Part shown: positions 50,910 to 62,049 of the stretch, piece by piece
Position numbering within the stretch: position 1 is the first letter of the stretch
Layout of the letters: every line of letters starts with the position of its first letter
DNA from: Octopus sinensis
Lineage: Eukaryota
NCBI RefSeq assembly: GCF_006345805.1
Contig: NC_043000.1
Location: 147,126,001-147,190,000 of the forward strand
Length of the DNA: 64,000 bases
Direction: 5' to 3'
Program-made: the position numbers and the translations under genes
Notes under the pieces: model-generated
Database searches by the model: none
What the model was told of the DNA's origin: nothing
What the model saw: only the letters and a program-made list of their open reading frames with translations

Positions 50910-52700
50910 GACTAGCTCCTTCCTCCAAAATTTTAGACTTTCTGGCGATAGTAGAAATAATTATTCAAGAAATATTGTTGGTATAACCATTAGAGCTCCA
51001 GACATAATTCCTTTCAGTTTTTAGTTGTGTCTCTTCAAGATTTGGGTCTAAATTGAGGCTGATTTTGATACAATCATTACAACAATTTAGACCACAAAAG
51101 ATCGATTTTTCCAGGTTAGAAGCATGAGCTCTTCAATCGATCTTAATAAGTCACGTACTCGGTTTATTTTGTTGCATCAAATTAAAGTTGAAACCAACGA
51201 GATCGGAACTCACAACAGAAAGTATAGAATTCAGTGTTAAGTTGATTCGGTTAACGTGGAAATTATTTATAAGTTTGAAGAATCATCCAATCATATTTGA
51301 TATTAATGAAGATGCGTCTATTTTCCAAAATCAGTTCCACTTTTCTGATCTTCGTGTATATTAATAAGTTGTGTGTATGTACGCACATCTAATTGTATAT
51401 AGCTATCTCTCCTCCTCCGCCTTCCCCTCTCCCTCTCTCTCTCTCTTTCACTCTCTCTATATATACACATACACAGATACAAACGTGTGTGTATTTATGT
51501 ATGTATATACATGCACTTGGTTTCATACATCCACATACATTCATACATATGCATTATATAAATATATATATATATATACATAAGGAACATATGTAAGGAT
51601 ATAATTTACACACACACACATATATGATTGTGTAAAAGAATTTTGTAAGCGCGCGTGGACAGGCGTACGTAAATATACAGAAATATACAGTGATGTATAT
51701 GTTCGTAATTTGGGTATGAATATATATATATATATATATGCGAACTTGCATATCTATATATATGAAAGAGCGGTTCTGTGTGGGAAAGGTTGTGTGTACA
51801 TTAGTGAACTTGTTACAGTATTTGATTTTTATACTCTGCTTGTTCCACCACGGGAAGCTATAAAATATCCAACTAAGTTTGTTTCCTATGGGAAGACAAC
51901 TTTTAATTAGAAAATCCGATTTACCTTGATGTGAATCACATATAAATCCTTGGCAATCACTTGTAGAATATGTCAGAGCAGAGATAATGGTCGTAATTGG
52001 TCTTTTTACTGCTGTAGACAGGCACGCTCCGTTGGCAACCACCGTCAGAAAATGTTGTTGAAGATTCGGAGATGTTAGATATCCCGGGAAAATCTAATCA
52101 CATGTCATTATTACTAATGCTAACGTATATATCGAAGACACGATATAAACGGTAAACCAGCTTGTAGCCTAGCCAACTCCAACTGTGCAGTACATATTCT
52201 TACTGGAATCAGACACAACTTCTGCTTCAATGAGCAAATGATTGTAATTCGTAGGAATGGAATTTATTCTATAACAAGTAAAATTTTACATAGGGTGGGG
52301 AATACTTAGATGCCACCACCCACCTATTAACCCCAACATGCCAAGTAAACCTTTCCTTAATGATGCATTGTATAAATACATGCACATCGAAGGTATATTA
52401 AGAATATTGATAATATTGCAAGTATTAAAATAAGCTTTTAATCTTCTTTATATTTTACAAACAATTTTATCTCGTTTATCATTAGTAGCATCAGCAGTTT
52501 ACAATAAGTTTTGCAGAAACAATAAAATATCAGGCTGCAAATCTTGCAATATTTTAGGGGTTTTGCTCAGCGTTGCAATTTCAGATCTCGATATTTGTTT
52601 TGTTTTTTTTTTTCTGCTTTTGACATTTTGACTTGGTATAAAATCATTCCCAGGCAGACTTCGGCTTCTGACCCACACAGTCACCTTTCTCTGGTTCTTT

Positions 52701-52842
52701 TACCTATTTCTTTACTACCCACAAGGGGCTAAACACAAAGAGGACAGACAAGGAGATTAAGTCGATTACATCGACCCCAGTGCGTAACTGGTACTTAATT
52801 TATCGACCCCGAAAGGATGAAAGGCAAAGTCGACCTCGGCGG
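52701..52842 (-). mobile_element. 5'-truncated SINE family B
   Basis: 3' 140 bp only, ending AGAAATAGGTA. Confidence 0.9.
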
Positions 52843-52844
52843 TT

Positions 52845-53080
52845 CTTTTACCACTACTATAATGGCCTCTGCTCCTCCGATATGGCTGGTCTCATGCCGC
52901 CTCCACTGAGGCATTCTCAAGCCACTCGTTTCTCCTCCTCCCATCATCACTTCGTAATGTCTACCTTGTTACGTCAAAACCTTGACTTAATAGCTACGCC
53001 CAGTTCGACTTTCCCAGAAATGTGGACCGCAAGAATCCCTCTCTGCTCATGCCTTTCCCTAAGGCGTTAATGCTCAAGAG
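52845..53080 (+). mobile_element. Jockey/CR1-group LINE 3' fragment
   Basis: FYHYYNGLCSSDMAGLMPPPLRHSQATRFSSSHH resembles the FYRYYxGxCSxEL...TR..H C-terminal motif. Confidence 0.6.
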
Positions 53081-53098
53081 GAACAGTAATGGTATATA

Positions 53099-53239
53099 TA
53101 AGGTTGTCCCAAAAGTTCGTAGAAAGTCTTGGAAAATAATGCTCTTTATTTTGAGGAATAATTTTTGTTGTTTTTGTTAGTACTTGGCGAGTAAAAATTC
53201 AATTTTCGCAAGTGTTTACGAACTTTTGGGACAACCTAA
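53099..53239. mobile_element. ~140-bp mariner-type MITE
   Basis: TIRs AGGTTGTCCCAAAAGTTCGTA / TACGAACTTTTGGGACAACCT, flanked by TA. Confidence 0.9.
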
Positions 53240-53416
53240 TATTTCACTAGTTTAAAAGAGACTGCAAAGGACATGGAACAGTCCATTCCTCCAGTCCCAA
53301 CAAGTAAAGGAACGGAGGTTGATAAAACAATTACCAAAACTAAAACTGCTCTGCTTCAATCAGCCGCCTTCTTCTTGGAAGAATTCTAATAAAGAAAGAA
53401 GTAAATGCATACACGC

Positions 53417-53510
53417 ACACATATATATATACATACAACCATACAACCATATATATATATACATACAACCATACAACCATATATATATATACATACAACC
53501 ATACAACCAT
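53417..53510. repeat. 30-bp tandem repeat, three copies, built from microsatellite-like sequence
   Basis: CATATATATATATACATACAACCATACAAC repeated. Confidence 0.85.
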
Positions 53511-53649
53511 AACACACATAAATACCAAACAAATAATACTTACTTTGTGTTCTTTATACAACATATGCATGAAGTGACTTTTTAAGTATAGTTGGTGAAC
53601 ATTTGCCTTGGTATGGTATATCGCAGACACACATTAAATATACTTAACG

Positions 53650-54121
53650 TCTGCATTACCTCGAGGTGGTCATTAAACTCTGCAGTAATTTTGGGAGCTC
53701 TACTTTTGTGATCCTTTCTAACAATTCACGTAAGAGTCCGACGATCCCTATCTGAAGGTTTTGGTTTTTTCCAGAGTTTTGTTTCGACGAGGAGGTTTTT
53801 CCCTCTTTCTCAAAGGCTGTCATTACTTTTGAGACAGTACTTCTTGATACACCAAACATTTCGGCTGTTTTCGTTACGCTAGCGCCTGCCATGCGAGCAC
53901 CAACAATTTGACCTCTTTGATAGATCTGTCATTTTAATGAATTTTAGTTACCTTTTTCTGATGATATCTGAAAAGAAACAGCAATTTTAACAAAACATAT
54001 TAAGCAACACTCATAATAAATCAAAAAACATAAAAATAAACAGGCTTTTGAAGATTGTATAGATATTTCAAAATTATGATGCTATGATACTAGGTATTTC
54101 CATTATTTTGTCCAACCCCCG
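53650..54121 (-). mobile_element. Tc1-like element, 5' fragment (one TIR plus HTH-coding region)
   Basis: TIR CGGGGGTTGGACAAAATAATGGAAATACCT next to TA (54122-23); MAGASVTKTAEMFGVSRSTVSKVMTAF is a Tc1 N-terminal HTH. Confidence 0.88.
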
Positions 54122-54308
54122 TATATACATACACATATATATATATACATACACACACACACACACACATATATATATACATACATATACATATATATAT
54201 ACATATATGTGCATATGTATGTATATATTTGTGTGTATGTATATATATATATATATATATATACACTCACATATATAATCATATATATAGTTGCTGGGTA
54301 CTACATAC

Positions 54309-54346
<38 letters not shown>

Positions 54347-54350
<4 letters not shown>

Positions 54351-54700
54351 CTTTACTACCCACAAGGGGCTAAACATAGAGGGGACAAACAAGGACAGAC
54401 AAAGGGATTAAGTCGATTATATATATATATTGATTGATTGATTCTAGTTTCAGCTCATGAGCTGTGGCCATGCTGGGGCACCGATATACTTTTATTTTTT
54501 ATTCTTTTAATTGTTTCAGTCATTTGACTGCAGCCATGCTGGAGCATCGCCTTTAATCGAAAAATCGACCCAGGACTTATTCTCTGTAAGCCTTGCACTC
54601 ATTCTATCGGTCTCTTTTGCTGAACCATTAAGTTGCGTGGACATAAACCTACCAGAATCAGTTGTCAGTCGATGGTGGTGGGGGGAGCAACACACACACA
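54347..54700 (-). mobile_element. Cluster of three 3'-end fragments: SINE B (54347-54420), CR1 tail (54430-54482), SINE A (54500-54700)
   Basis: Each matches the corresponding longer copy elsewhere in the window; all are in the same orientation. Confidence 0.85.
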
Positions 54701-54917
54701 CACACACAATGTGCACCTGTTCAGGTAACGTTGATTTGATGGAGGGAGTAAGCTAATGTACAGTACATGCATTTGATTATTATAAACAAATCATTTCCGC
54801 AAGTCGTTCGGCAAAATCTTAACAATCATACGTCATCTTCGACGGGAGAGTCCTTCCTGGAGTTCACTTCCTGGACTGGGTGGTGCGTTGTGTTCTTGAG
54901 CACTATATGTATATATG

Positions 54918-54978
<61 letters not shown>

Positions 54979-55124
54979 TATATATATATATATATGTATA
55001 TTATATATATATACATATATATATATATACATATATACATACATAAATACATACATACATACATACAAAAGTAGTGCCCCCCAACTATATATATGTTTAT
55101 ATATGTGTGTGTGCAGATGTTTAG

Positions 55125-55129
55125 ATAGG

Positions 55130-55211
<82 letters not shown>

Positions 55212-55230
55212 GTCAGGCAGGCAGACAGAC

Positions 55231-55305
<75 letters not shown>
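55125..55305. repeat. (GATA)n/(GACA)n compound microsatellite
   Basis: Direct reading. Confidence 0.96.
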
Positions 55306-55307
<2 letters not shown>

Positions 55308-56329
55308 TGGGGTTTCGAATAGGAAGAGGTTGCCCTTTCGACAGGGATGCATTTGATCCAAGCGTACACCGGTTTAGCTCCATATCGATCAATCTTTCTG
55401 GAATTTGTAAGTTTGTGTTAGTATTGATGTTTATTGATGGTTATTCTTCGACATCAGTGCTTAACACTTATGAAGTTCCAGTGGTCGTTATAAAGGTTTT
55501 CATTTATCCGATATAGGAGAACAGAATTTTAATAATATAATATAAAGAAATTGGGAGTTTGAACACAGAAAATCAATTTGTTTACATAATGGAAGTCAGT
55601 TTCATGTTACCTATGCACGTTTCAATTCCTACCTTCATTCATATCCTACAATTAAATTGCATTATTTATTTAAAAGGTAAAAATCTCTTCAAGGCAAAAA
55701 TTGACATAAATTCATTTACATCCTGAAGGATGGAGAGTTTATTACATACTGAAAGAGCAACTTGTGTGGTGGGGTGAGCATGTGTGTCTTTGTATTTCAT
55801 TCTAAAAAATAGCTAGAGGTAAAACTACGACCACAGTGGACAATGGTTAGTAGTAGTCCTGAAAAACTAGGTCATATTATTATTCACCCTTATTGGAATT
55901 TAGATTTGCTTTTTAGAAGCTGGCTCCTATGCCTACTTACTTGCCAAAAAAATTAAAATAATAAAAAAATATAAACAAAAAATTAAAATACATAAATTAG
56001 TAAGTATCCAAATCAATATATTTAACTTCTAGTTACTTAACTGAGAGAATTTGAATTTTTCTTTTTTGTTTAGGTGCATTAGTCTTATCTGTTGATAGTT
56101 TGGGTTATTATTGGGGCTGGCCAGATTTGAGCAATCTCAAGATTAATCAGGCGAAATTGCGAGGATGATCCGGTTCTTGACTGAGGATAGGAAGCTTCGA
56201 ATGACCCGACCTTGTCTTTTTGTATCGTCTATCTGGATGATTTGTTGTCCCTTTTTGTATCACCTAGTTGTCCGGATGTTTTGCGTTCTTGTCCCATTTT
56301 GTATTATATTATATATATATATATATAAT

Positions 56330-58520
56330 AGAAATGTGTTTCAAGAAGAAAATAGAAACTACACGTGGAAAAGATATGGGGAAAGTAAGAAGAAAAAAAC
56401 GAAAATGCACATTGGATATCAAAAGAATAAAGGCCTTTTTATGAAAAGTAACGAAAACTATGTACTATTAGATGAACTGAGGTAGAATTAAGAGGAATAA
56501 AAGTCATTATTTTGAATCGTTAAAGAGATTCAAAGTCATACCGGTATCGTCAAACGCTCTTCACTGGCTTTGAATGAGCACCGAATCCAAATGGTATCGG
56601 GTCTATTAGTCCCTGAGTAAAAAGATTGTGTAAGGGAGGTAAGTATTTCTGGACGTGGTGTAATTGGGGTAGATATAATACTGTAATATGAATGGTGTAC
56701 GGGATGTATGGGAGCTAGTGGTATTATTGGTATGGTTAGTAGTGTTCTATATTATGTTATGTGTTCATATTAAGTTGTGGGTGATATTTATTGATGAAAG
56801 TTGCCTCTTTATTCATTATTTGCTGTACTGTGAACATTGATAGAAGGGGAAAATTAGGAAGTTAGGATTAATGTTCATAGCACACCTTTCTATGTGTTCA
56901 CTAACCTGTATCTGTCTGTATTGTGGGTGGCGGATTTGTTCTTTGTGAAGAGTGGTTCTTCAACAGAGTGATATTCCTGTTTGGCCAAAATATTGATTAC
57001 CGCACCATAAGCAGGTAATGACATAGGTTAGGTTTTCCAAGGCACAATTTGATTTAATCTTAAATATTTCACCTTGTTTAAAGTGGAACTCTGTACCCTT
57101 AAAAGGTGGGGACATGTGCCACAGTTAGGCCGACTGCATTTTCTCGCTTTTGGTTCCGTTGTTAATGGATATAGTCTTGCGTTGGTTAATATTTTTTCAA
57201 TGATTTTGGTTGCATTTTGCTTTTGATAATTTTGTGTAAGCCTAAAATTTTGTTCATTGTTTTATCTCCTGTGAGAATGGGTAAATTTTGGATGATAATG
57301 TTGAAGGCTTCATTGTTTCTAGGGTTATGTGTGGTGATGTATGAGAGTATTTTTAAGTCTGATGTAGTATTTCGGCTGATTTCCCTTAATGTTCGTATGT
57401 CTATTTCCTTTGCTTGTTTAATCCCATCATTTATTAATGATGTTGGATAATGTCTCTTGATTAATATTGACCTGAGTTCAAAGAGTCTTCGTTCACAAGT
57501 ATTGGTGTCCGAAACTATGGTACAAATTCTTTTTGCTAGATTATATGGTATATTGATTTTTATCTGCTTGGAATGGCATGAGTTGAATAATAGGTATTGT
57601 TTTGAATCTGTGGGTTTATAGAAGATGTCCGTTTCAATGTGGTTATTGACTATTTTAATTAGGACGTCAAGAAAAGGGAGTTATTTATTGCTGTGTTCCA
57701 TGGTAAATTGTACGTTGCTATTGATATTGTTGAACATTATTTTGAAATCGAAAAGTTTGTCCATGCTATCTTTCCAAAGTATAAAGCAATCATCTAAATA
57801 CCTCTTCCCGTTATCCTTTAAATATCAATGAAATAAGGTGTCATATTTTTGTACTGATGATTGGTATATTTTAAGTTCTAGGTAACCCATTACAAGGTTC
57901 GCAATCACTGGGGCAGCTCGGGTTCCCATTGCAATTCCACATTTTTGTCGATACTAAACTGTATCGAACATGTTCAGGAGGATGAATTTCAGTACTGCGA
58001 TTATGAATCTGTGGTTGATGGGTTCTGGGATCGCTTCTGAGTATTTTTCTAGCCAGAAGGTGATTGCTTCTATACCATAATCGTGTGGATTATTGGTGTA
58101 CAAGTTCACCACATCAAATGATACTAACAGGGTTCCTTCATTTATTGTCTTCGGGGGTGGTTAAGCATGTCTAGGTCATCCCTGATGAAGCTTTTCACAT
58201 ATTTTAGAAATGGTTTGAGTAGGATGTCGAGAAAATTGCTCAAACAGTGGGTTTCACAAGCAGGGCTAGCAATGATGGGTCTTAGTTTGAGGTCAGTAGG
58301 GGGAGGAACATTAATGCATAGGCTTGGAGAATATCTGCAAGCTTTATAAATATGTGGATTTTTGTATATTTTAGGTAATCCGTAGAATTGACTTGGTCTG
58401 TATTTAAAATTGGACGAATAGTCAATTTCTTTTTTAATGAGGCCCTTCCCATGTATTAGAAGTAAGGAGGATAAGTTTTTTAAGTGTTTTCTGTGGGTTG
58501 TATTGTACTATCTTCTCATA
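56330..58520 (-). mobile_element. Penelope-like element with RT and GIY-YIG endonuclease, decayed
   Basis: SQFYGLPKI, LRPIIASPAC, SFDVVNLY, GIAMGTRAAPVIANLVM, RYLDD, LPFLDV, YKPTDSKQYL, LTYVITCLWCGNQYFGQT; the 3' end runs into (TA)n at ~56328. Confidence 0.92.
56528..56575 (-). ncRNA. Decayed hammerhead motif in the PLE 3' terminal region
   Basis: ATTCAAAG-C-CA / TG-A-CTTTGAAT stem I, core GTGAAGA, GATA in place of GAAA, palindromic stem III ACCGGT, GTA triplet. Confidence 0.5.
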
Positions 58521-58541
58521 GTAATATATATATATATATAT

Positions 58542-58583
<42 letters not shown>

Positions 58584-58588
<5 letters not shown>

Positions 58589-58782
58589 CCTCGTCTGTAT
58601 CACTAGCGATTTTTCCCCTGTCTTCCCTTCTCGGGATCTTTCCTTCTCCTATGTTTCCGACGAAGAGCTCCGCTCGAAACGTCAAACTCTCTTTCTTCCC
58701 TTCTTTCCTGAGCGTCCAATAATACTTTATTTGTTCCACGTCCTTGCGTTGTGTTTTTTGTTTTTATTTCTTGTTTGGATTA

Positions 58783-58785
<3 letters not shown>
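58584..58785 (+). mobile_element. ~200-bp non-autonomous hammerhead-containing element ending at (TA)n
   Basis: Homologous end-to-end to 23582-23764. Confidence 0.8.
58653..58687 (+). ncRNA. Minimal type I hammerhead motif with one core substitution (U4 to C)
   Basis: GTTT-CCGACGA-A-GAGC-TCC-GCTC-GAAA-C-GTC-AAAC; palindromic ACGT stem III. Confidence 0.72.
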
Positions 58786-58830
<45 letters not shown>

Positions 58831-59618
58831 ATAAAATTATAAATTAGGGTATCTACGAGATACCACCATGCTGAAAATAGCAGCCATGATCTGACTCTAA
58901 AACCACCTTAATTGTCCATATATTATCACGCAGAGAAAACAGAGACAAGATGAAACTAGTAAAATATTACTGGATAATTCTATATCCCGGATAATTCTAT
59001 ATCCCGGATATATATATATACCCTTCGTCCACGTAATGAATATCAATTAGCTGATTTTACCAAAGCAAGGCCAATAAGTTAACGAGGTTTACCCTTTGAT
59101 TATCATAGTACCCTGTACAAACCATCGTTCTTTCGTTGAAATATTGGTAGCGCTATAATTCCTTGTTTGTCATCGTAACTTTGTTCTGGTTTCTTAAAAA
59201 CAACTTCAGAAGAAAAGCATTACAGCGAGTCAAAATAACAACTTATGTAAACGTAGATTGCGAAATTCCTACATATTATCTGCAATATCGATTTTCCTAC
59301 TGATATGTCTAAAACACCAACACGCCAAATACTTTAGTTTATTGGAAAGAAAAGTTTTGAAATTATTTGTATAATACCTTAAGAGCTGTCACCAGTTTTG
59401 TTTATCACCTAATTATGGAAAGCTAATGGACATACTTTAAGTTGAAATAATACCATTAAGTGTAGTGCGATTCCTCACCAAAATCAGGTCGTGATGTCTC
59501 TCTCTTCTCTATTTTAAATTAATGTTCTACTGGAAGTTATTTAGAAATTTCAAGATGTGGCTGAAGAATGTCTATATGTATACATACACACACACACATA
59601 TGTATATATATATGTATG

Positions 59619-59663
<45 letters not shown>

Positions 59664-59683
59664 TATTATATATATATATATAT

Positions 59684-59759
<76 letters not shown>

Positions 59760-60735
59760 ATGGTATATATAGAGAGACAAACATATGTAAACATATATAC
59801 ACATATATAGATATATATGTATATAGAGGAGGTGAGGAAGGAAGAAGGTAATTGTTCTTGTCATCCTTAATCGCTCATCAGTTACGGGCATACTGTGTCG
59901 AGAACAAGTCAACCTGACGAATGATTTCGGTGGCAATCATATTTTAATGTTTATACTTGATGTGGTCGAAGAATAAAAACCGGTGTGTATGTGTGTGTGC
60001 GTGCGTGCGCCGCGCGTGTGTGTGTGTGTGAAGAAGCTGCATTTTCGTGATAAAGATATGTTCCTGATTACCATACTTAGATATTTAGGAGAATTTATGT
60101 TCTTTTCAAGTAGGTAGGTATATATATATATGTGTGTATGTGTGTATGTGCATGTATATGTGTGTGTATGTATGTATTATGAATGTACGTGTGTGTGTCT
60201 GTGAGAGAGAGAGAGAGTGTGTGTGTATGTGTACCTATATCTGCATATAAACGTACACACACAACTGACAGACTGCAGACTGCAAATGTGTTCACGTGAG
60301 CAGACGTTAAGACATAATATGTGATTCTGTGGTGACATTCTTATCGATAAAATAGTTTCTGTGTGTTATAGTTGAACTCCTAAAGCTGACACTTTCTCTC
60401 TGAGCAGCGTAAATTGACATTCGAAGTCCACTGTTATAATTCTATCCGCATCTAGAATGCTCCGCTATCAAGTACTAGTACATGGTTTTATCGATGAAGG
60501 ATGTATGGCTAAATTAACCTGAGCTGAATTTCGATTCAGAGTATAGAGGAAGACTCGTAAAATACCACAAACAATTTATCCGACGCTCTAATTATTTTCC
60601 CAATCCACTACTTTATTATAAAATACTTTCTTAAAAGTAAAGCATTATAAACACAGATCGGTAAGCAACAATATTGGTTCTATAGACTTGCATTTTGTAC
60701 ATATATGTGTGTACATGTGTGTGTGTATGTATATG

Positions 60736-60811
<76 letters not shown>

Positions 60812-60972
60812 ATATTGGCAGGGCTGGCCTGCTAGGTAGCCGGCCAGAATGCTAGAAATAGATCATCAACGATCAAACTACAAGGGAAATTCTCTAGAGG
60901 AAGAATTCAGCGAACACCAGAACCAAATTTGGCGGGCAGGACATATGAAAAATTAAATAAAAAACAGACTTA

Positions 60973-61046
60973 AATGCATACCTCGGTTTCGGTCTTAACA
61001 AAGAATTACTTGCATAATTCAAGTGTCGTGACTTCTTCAGTACATT
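60973..61046 (-). ncRNA. Type I hammerhead ribozyme with extended stem II
   Basis: AATGTA-CTGAAGA-AGTC...GACC-GAAA-CC-GA-GG-TA-TGCATT; core intact, GUA triplet, A-C mismatch at the first stem II pair. Confidence 0.75.
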
Positions 61047-61318
61047 CGGTCCTCGAGATGCAAACCGCAAGACTAACCCCAGCTCTCTGTGTCAAGACAG
61101 ACACGTGCTTAGTCTACTGATTACATCGAGAATAAAATTTCAAATGTCTTGGTTCCGGCGCGTAAGAGACTCCTGAAAGCGAAGGGCTGCAGTGAATAAT
61201 TCACTGCGGGTAAGCTTACTACTAGGGAACGTATTTATTTAAATATTTAAAAATTGAGGGAGATAATTAATATTAATTTTAATATCAATTTAAAACCAGT
61301 AGTCCAAGACATTTGAAA

Positions 61319-61506
61319 TTCCAGAAGGAATAAAATGATGCAAAACAATGCAATCTTCTTATCTGGGAAAGAAAGAAACCAAGCACATCAGTAAGACATT
61401 TACGCAGTCATCACATTCTGTTAAAATGTCTTACTGCTGTGTCTGGTTTCTTTCTTTCCCTGATGAGAAGATTGCATTGTTTTACATCATTTTATTACTT
61501 CTGGAA
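61319..61506. repeat. Inverted repeat, 83-bp arms, 22-nt spacer
   Basis: 61319-61401 versus 61424-61506; I count 7 mismatches. Confidence 0.93.
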
Positions 61507-61542
61507 TAATACCAATGTTTTCTTCGAAACATATGTCGGAAG
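61455..61542 (+). ncRNA. Intact type I hammerhead ribozyme with extended stem II; predicted cleavage after C61537
   Basis: TTTCC-CTGATGA-GAAGA...TCTTC-GAAA-CAT-ATG-TC-GGAAG; all conserved core bases present, stems I-III pair, GUC triplet. Confidence 0.85.
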
Positions 61543-61864
61543 TAAAAAGATTTGAATAACACCTACGTTTAACTCTATTTATTTATTTATCTATGTTATG
61601 CTAAAGCATCTCACCAAAACCTGGAATTTCTACCTTTATAAGTAGGTTGTTACATGCTTGGTACTTATGTGAATTTTTGCTACCCTGGTAACTATTTATT
61701 TTTTAATTTTTCCGTGTTATTTGTAATCATTGAAGAAATGCATATATATATATATAAGGAAATTAGGACAAGGTAGAAAAATTAAATGTTTTTTTAAATA
61801 TTTCACTAGTTTTCAAATACTTGGAACATTTTCCTTTATTCTCTGTCTCTTTGTCTCTGTCTCC

Positions 61865-61921
<57 letters not shown>

Positions 61922-62049
61922 AAGAAGAAGAAGAAGAAAGACAAAAAGATAAGAGAAAGAGAAACAAAAAGAAGAAGAAAGAAGAGTAGAATGACGCAAA
62001 GAAGAAGAGAAAGAAAGAAAGAAGAAAGAAGAGAAGTAAGAAGAAGAAG

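Noticed and set aside
52030-52210. Minus-strand frame resembling GPCR TM3 (YC...SSIYTLALVIMTCD*I)
   Set aside because: Two stop codons, and the Cys-to-Asp spacing is 30 rather than about 24.
58969-59010. 17-bp tandem duplication GGATAATTCTATATCCC
   Set aside because: A local slippage-type duplication with no further structure.
59870-59935. CTGATGA, CTGACGA and CGAAA motifs on opposite strands
   Set aside because: No hammerhead topology gives paired stems I and III.
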